Source: Podarcis pityusensis
Taxonomy: Eukaryota
NCBI GenBank assembly: GCA_964106645.2
Contig: OZ067049.1
Direction: 5' to 3' (one strand)
Length of the DNA stretch: 64,000 nt
In this document: in pieces, positions 62,864 through 64,000 of the stretch
Layout of the letters: every line of letters starts with the position of its first letter
Numbering within the stretch: position 1 is the stretch's first letter
The notes under the pieces: model-generated
The model's database searches: none
The model's input: only the letters and a program-made list of their open reading frames with translations
Told to the model about the DNA's origin: nothing
Program-made: the position numbers and the translations under genes

Positions 62864-63626
62864 CTGTATGTAGGGAAAATGAGACAATTACAAATTAGAA
62901 AGCACTGTGGAGTCTGAGACAACAGCAAGGCTCATCTTATGATACTGTCCCTTAAAAGCTTAGCAAAGAATGGCAGCAGTTTGTTTATTAAAGGAAAATA
63001 ATGGGAAAACTGAGGTTTTGTGTCCTTGCTTCCAACCCAGCCACAATACACCATGAGGGAGAGAAAAAAACCTATAATTATTAATATCCAAAATGAGCAG
63101 GAAAGATTTTAACACACTTCATTTATGGATATTTTTAAAAAGATATAATCAGAGGTTCTGAAATTTGCACCCATCATCACTACTCCTATTAATTTCATAT
63201 ACAGTGGTACCTCGGGTTACAGACGCTTCAGGTTACAGACTCTGCTAACCCAGAAATAGTACCTCAGGTTAAGAACTCTGCTTCAGGATGAGAACAGAAA
63301 TCGTGCGATGGCAGCGTGGCAGGCCCCATTAGCTAAAGTGGTACCTCAGGTTAAGAGCAATTTCAGAACCTCCAGAACGAATTAAGTTCTTAACCCCAGG
63401 TACCACTGTATAAAGCATATTGCTTTTTGTTTGGGTCACGTGATACTGGCAGCAGCTAGTTTCTAAAGCTTCAGTGGAGCAGACACTTACAAGCAGCAAG
63501 TCTTTGCCTAGTTCGTCAATATCTGTTACGAAAAGCTCAATGGGCTGCGGATCTCTAGCAGGAAAAGCATTCCTTGGGAGGGCAACGTCACTGGGCCAGT
63601 CCTCTTCTTTGGGAAGCCCAATTGCA
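62717..63626 (-). CDS. CDK6: Cyclin-dependent kinase 6, last two coding exons (63491-63626 and 62717-62863); remainder lies right of the window
   Basis: AIGLPKEEDWPSDVALPRNAF..QPIELFVTDIDELGKDLLL|KCLAFNPTKRISAYDALSHPYFHDLEKCKEN..STEMTTP*. Confidence 0.96.
63202..63408. mobile_element. Tc1/mariner MITE in the last CDK6 intron
   Basis: TA-CAGTGGTACCT..AGGTACCACTG-TA; internal homology to the 36849 copy. Confidence 0.9.
63491..63626 (-). CDS. CDK6: CDK6 penultimate exon (136 nt)
   Basis: gcacag|T GCA ATT GGG..CTG CTT|gtaagt. Confidence 0.95.
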
Positions 63627-64000
63627 CTGTGCAAGGAAGAAAGGAAGAAAGAATCAGGCATTTAACTCCAAGAAAAGCACCACTACTTCCTGCTTCATTC
63701 ACACCCCTGCACTTCTTTTTCACTATCTGATGACATATCTCACCCACTTGAAAAATGCACTTTGTGCCACACCCTGGCACTATCCCTCTAAAGCACACTT
63801 CCCCCAAACTGGTGCCATCGCTGATGCAGCTGATGCTAATCATGTGAGATCTCGCACACTCAGCAAGACCTCACACGATTTCAGCTGACGCCGGCACTGC
63901 TTCTGCGCTGAAGCAGGTGGGGTGGGTGTCCGCAGGGCTGTTGCCTTGGGGGCTTCTGCTGCCTGAAGCAGCTGATTCAGTCTGCCTAGTGGCTGAGCCA

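Overview
Vertebrate genomic DNA from a squamate reptile, most likely a lacertid lizard (inferred from Sauria SINEs and other squamate repeats). It holds the PEX1-RBM48-(EFCAB1/CLXN)-FAM133B-CDK6 block. PEX1 (- strand) has exons 1-23 here, with the last exon off the left edge. It shares a ~350-bp bidirectional CpG-island promoter with RBM48 (+, 5 exons, 371 aa). RBM48 is tail-to-tail with a calaxin/EFCAB1 gene (-, 6 exons, 208 aa, one GC-AG intron). FAM133B (-, 11 exons, 249 aa) follows, then the last two coding exons and a probable ~11.5-kb 3'UTR of CDK6 (-). All exon chains were checked by hand for splice dinucleotides and phase continuity. Introns carry Sauria and other tRNA-derived SINEs, L2/CR1/RTE fragments, and Tc1/mariner and hAT MITEs, several with intact TSDs. 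Most ORFs in the supplied track are exon fragments or noise. I found no clearly new biological system. The best leads are a palindromic two-way poly(A) signal shared by RBM48 and EFCAB1, RFX X-box clusters at EFCAB1 and in PEX1 intron 1, a ~60-bp-stem hairpin in FAM133B intron 1, MITEs carrying ZNF143/THAP11-type motifs, and inverted or locally duplicated SINE pieces in the CDK6 3'UTR. Comparisons with human and mouse are from memory, not from database searches.
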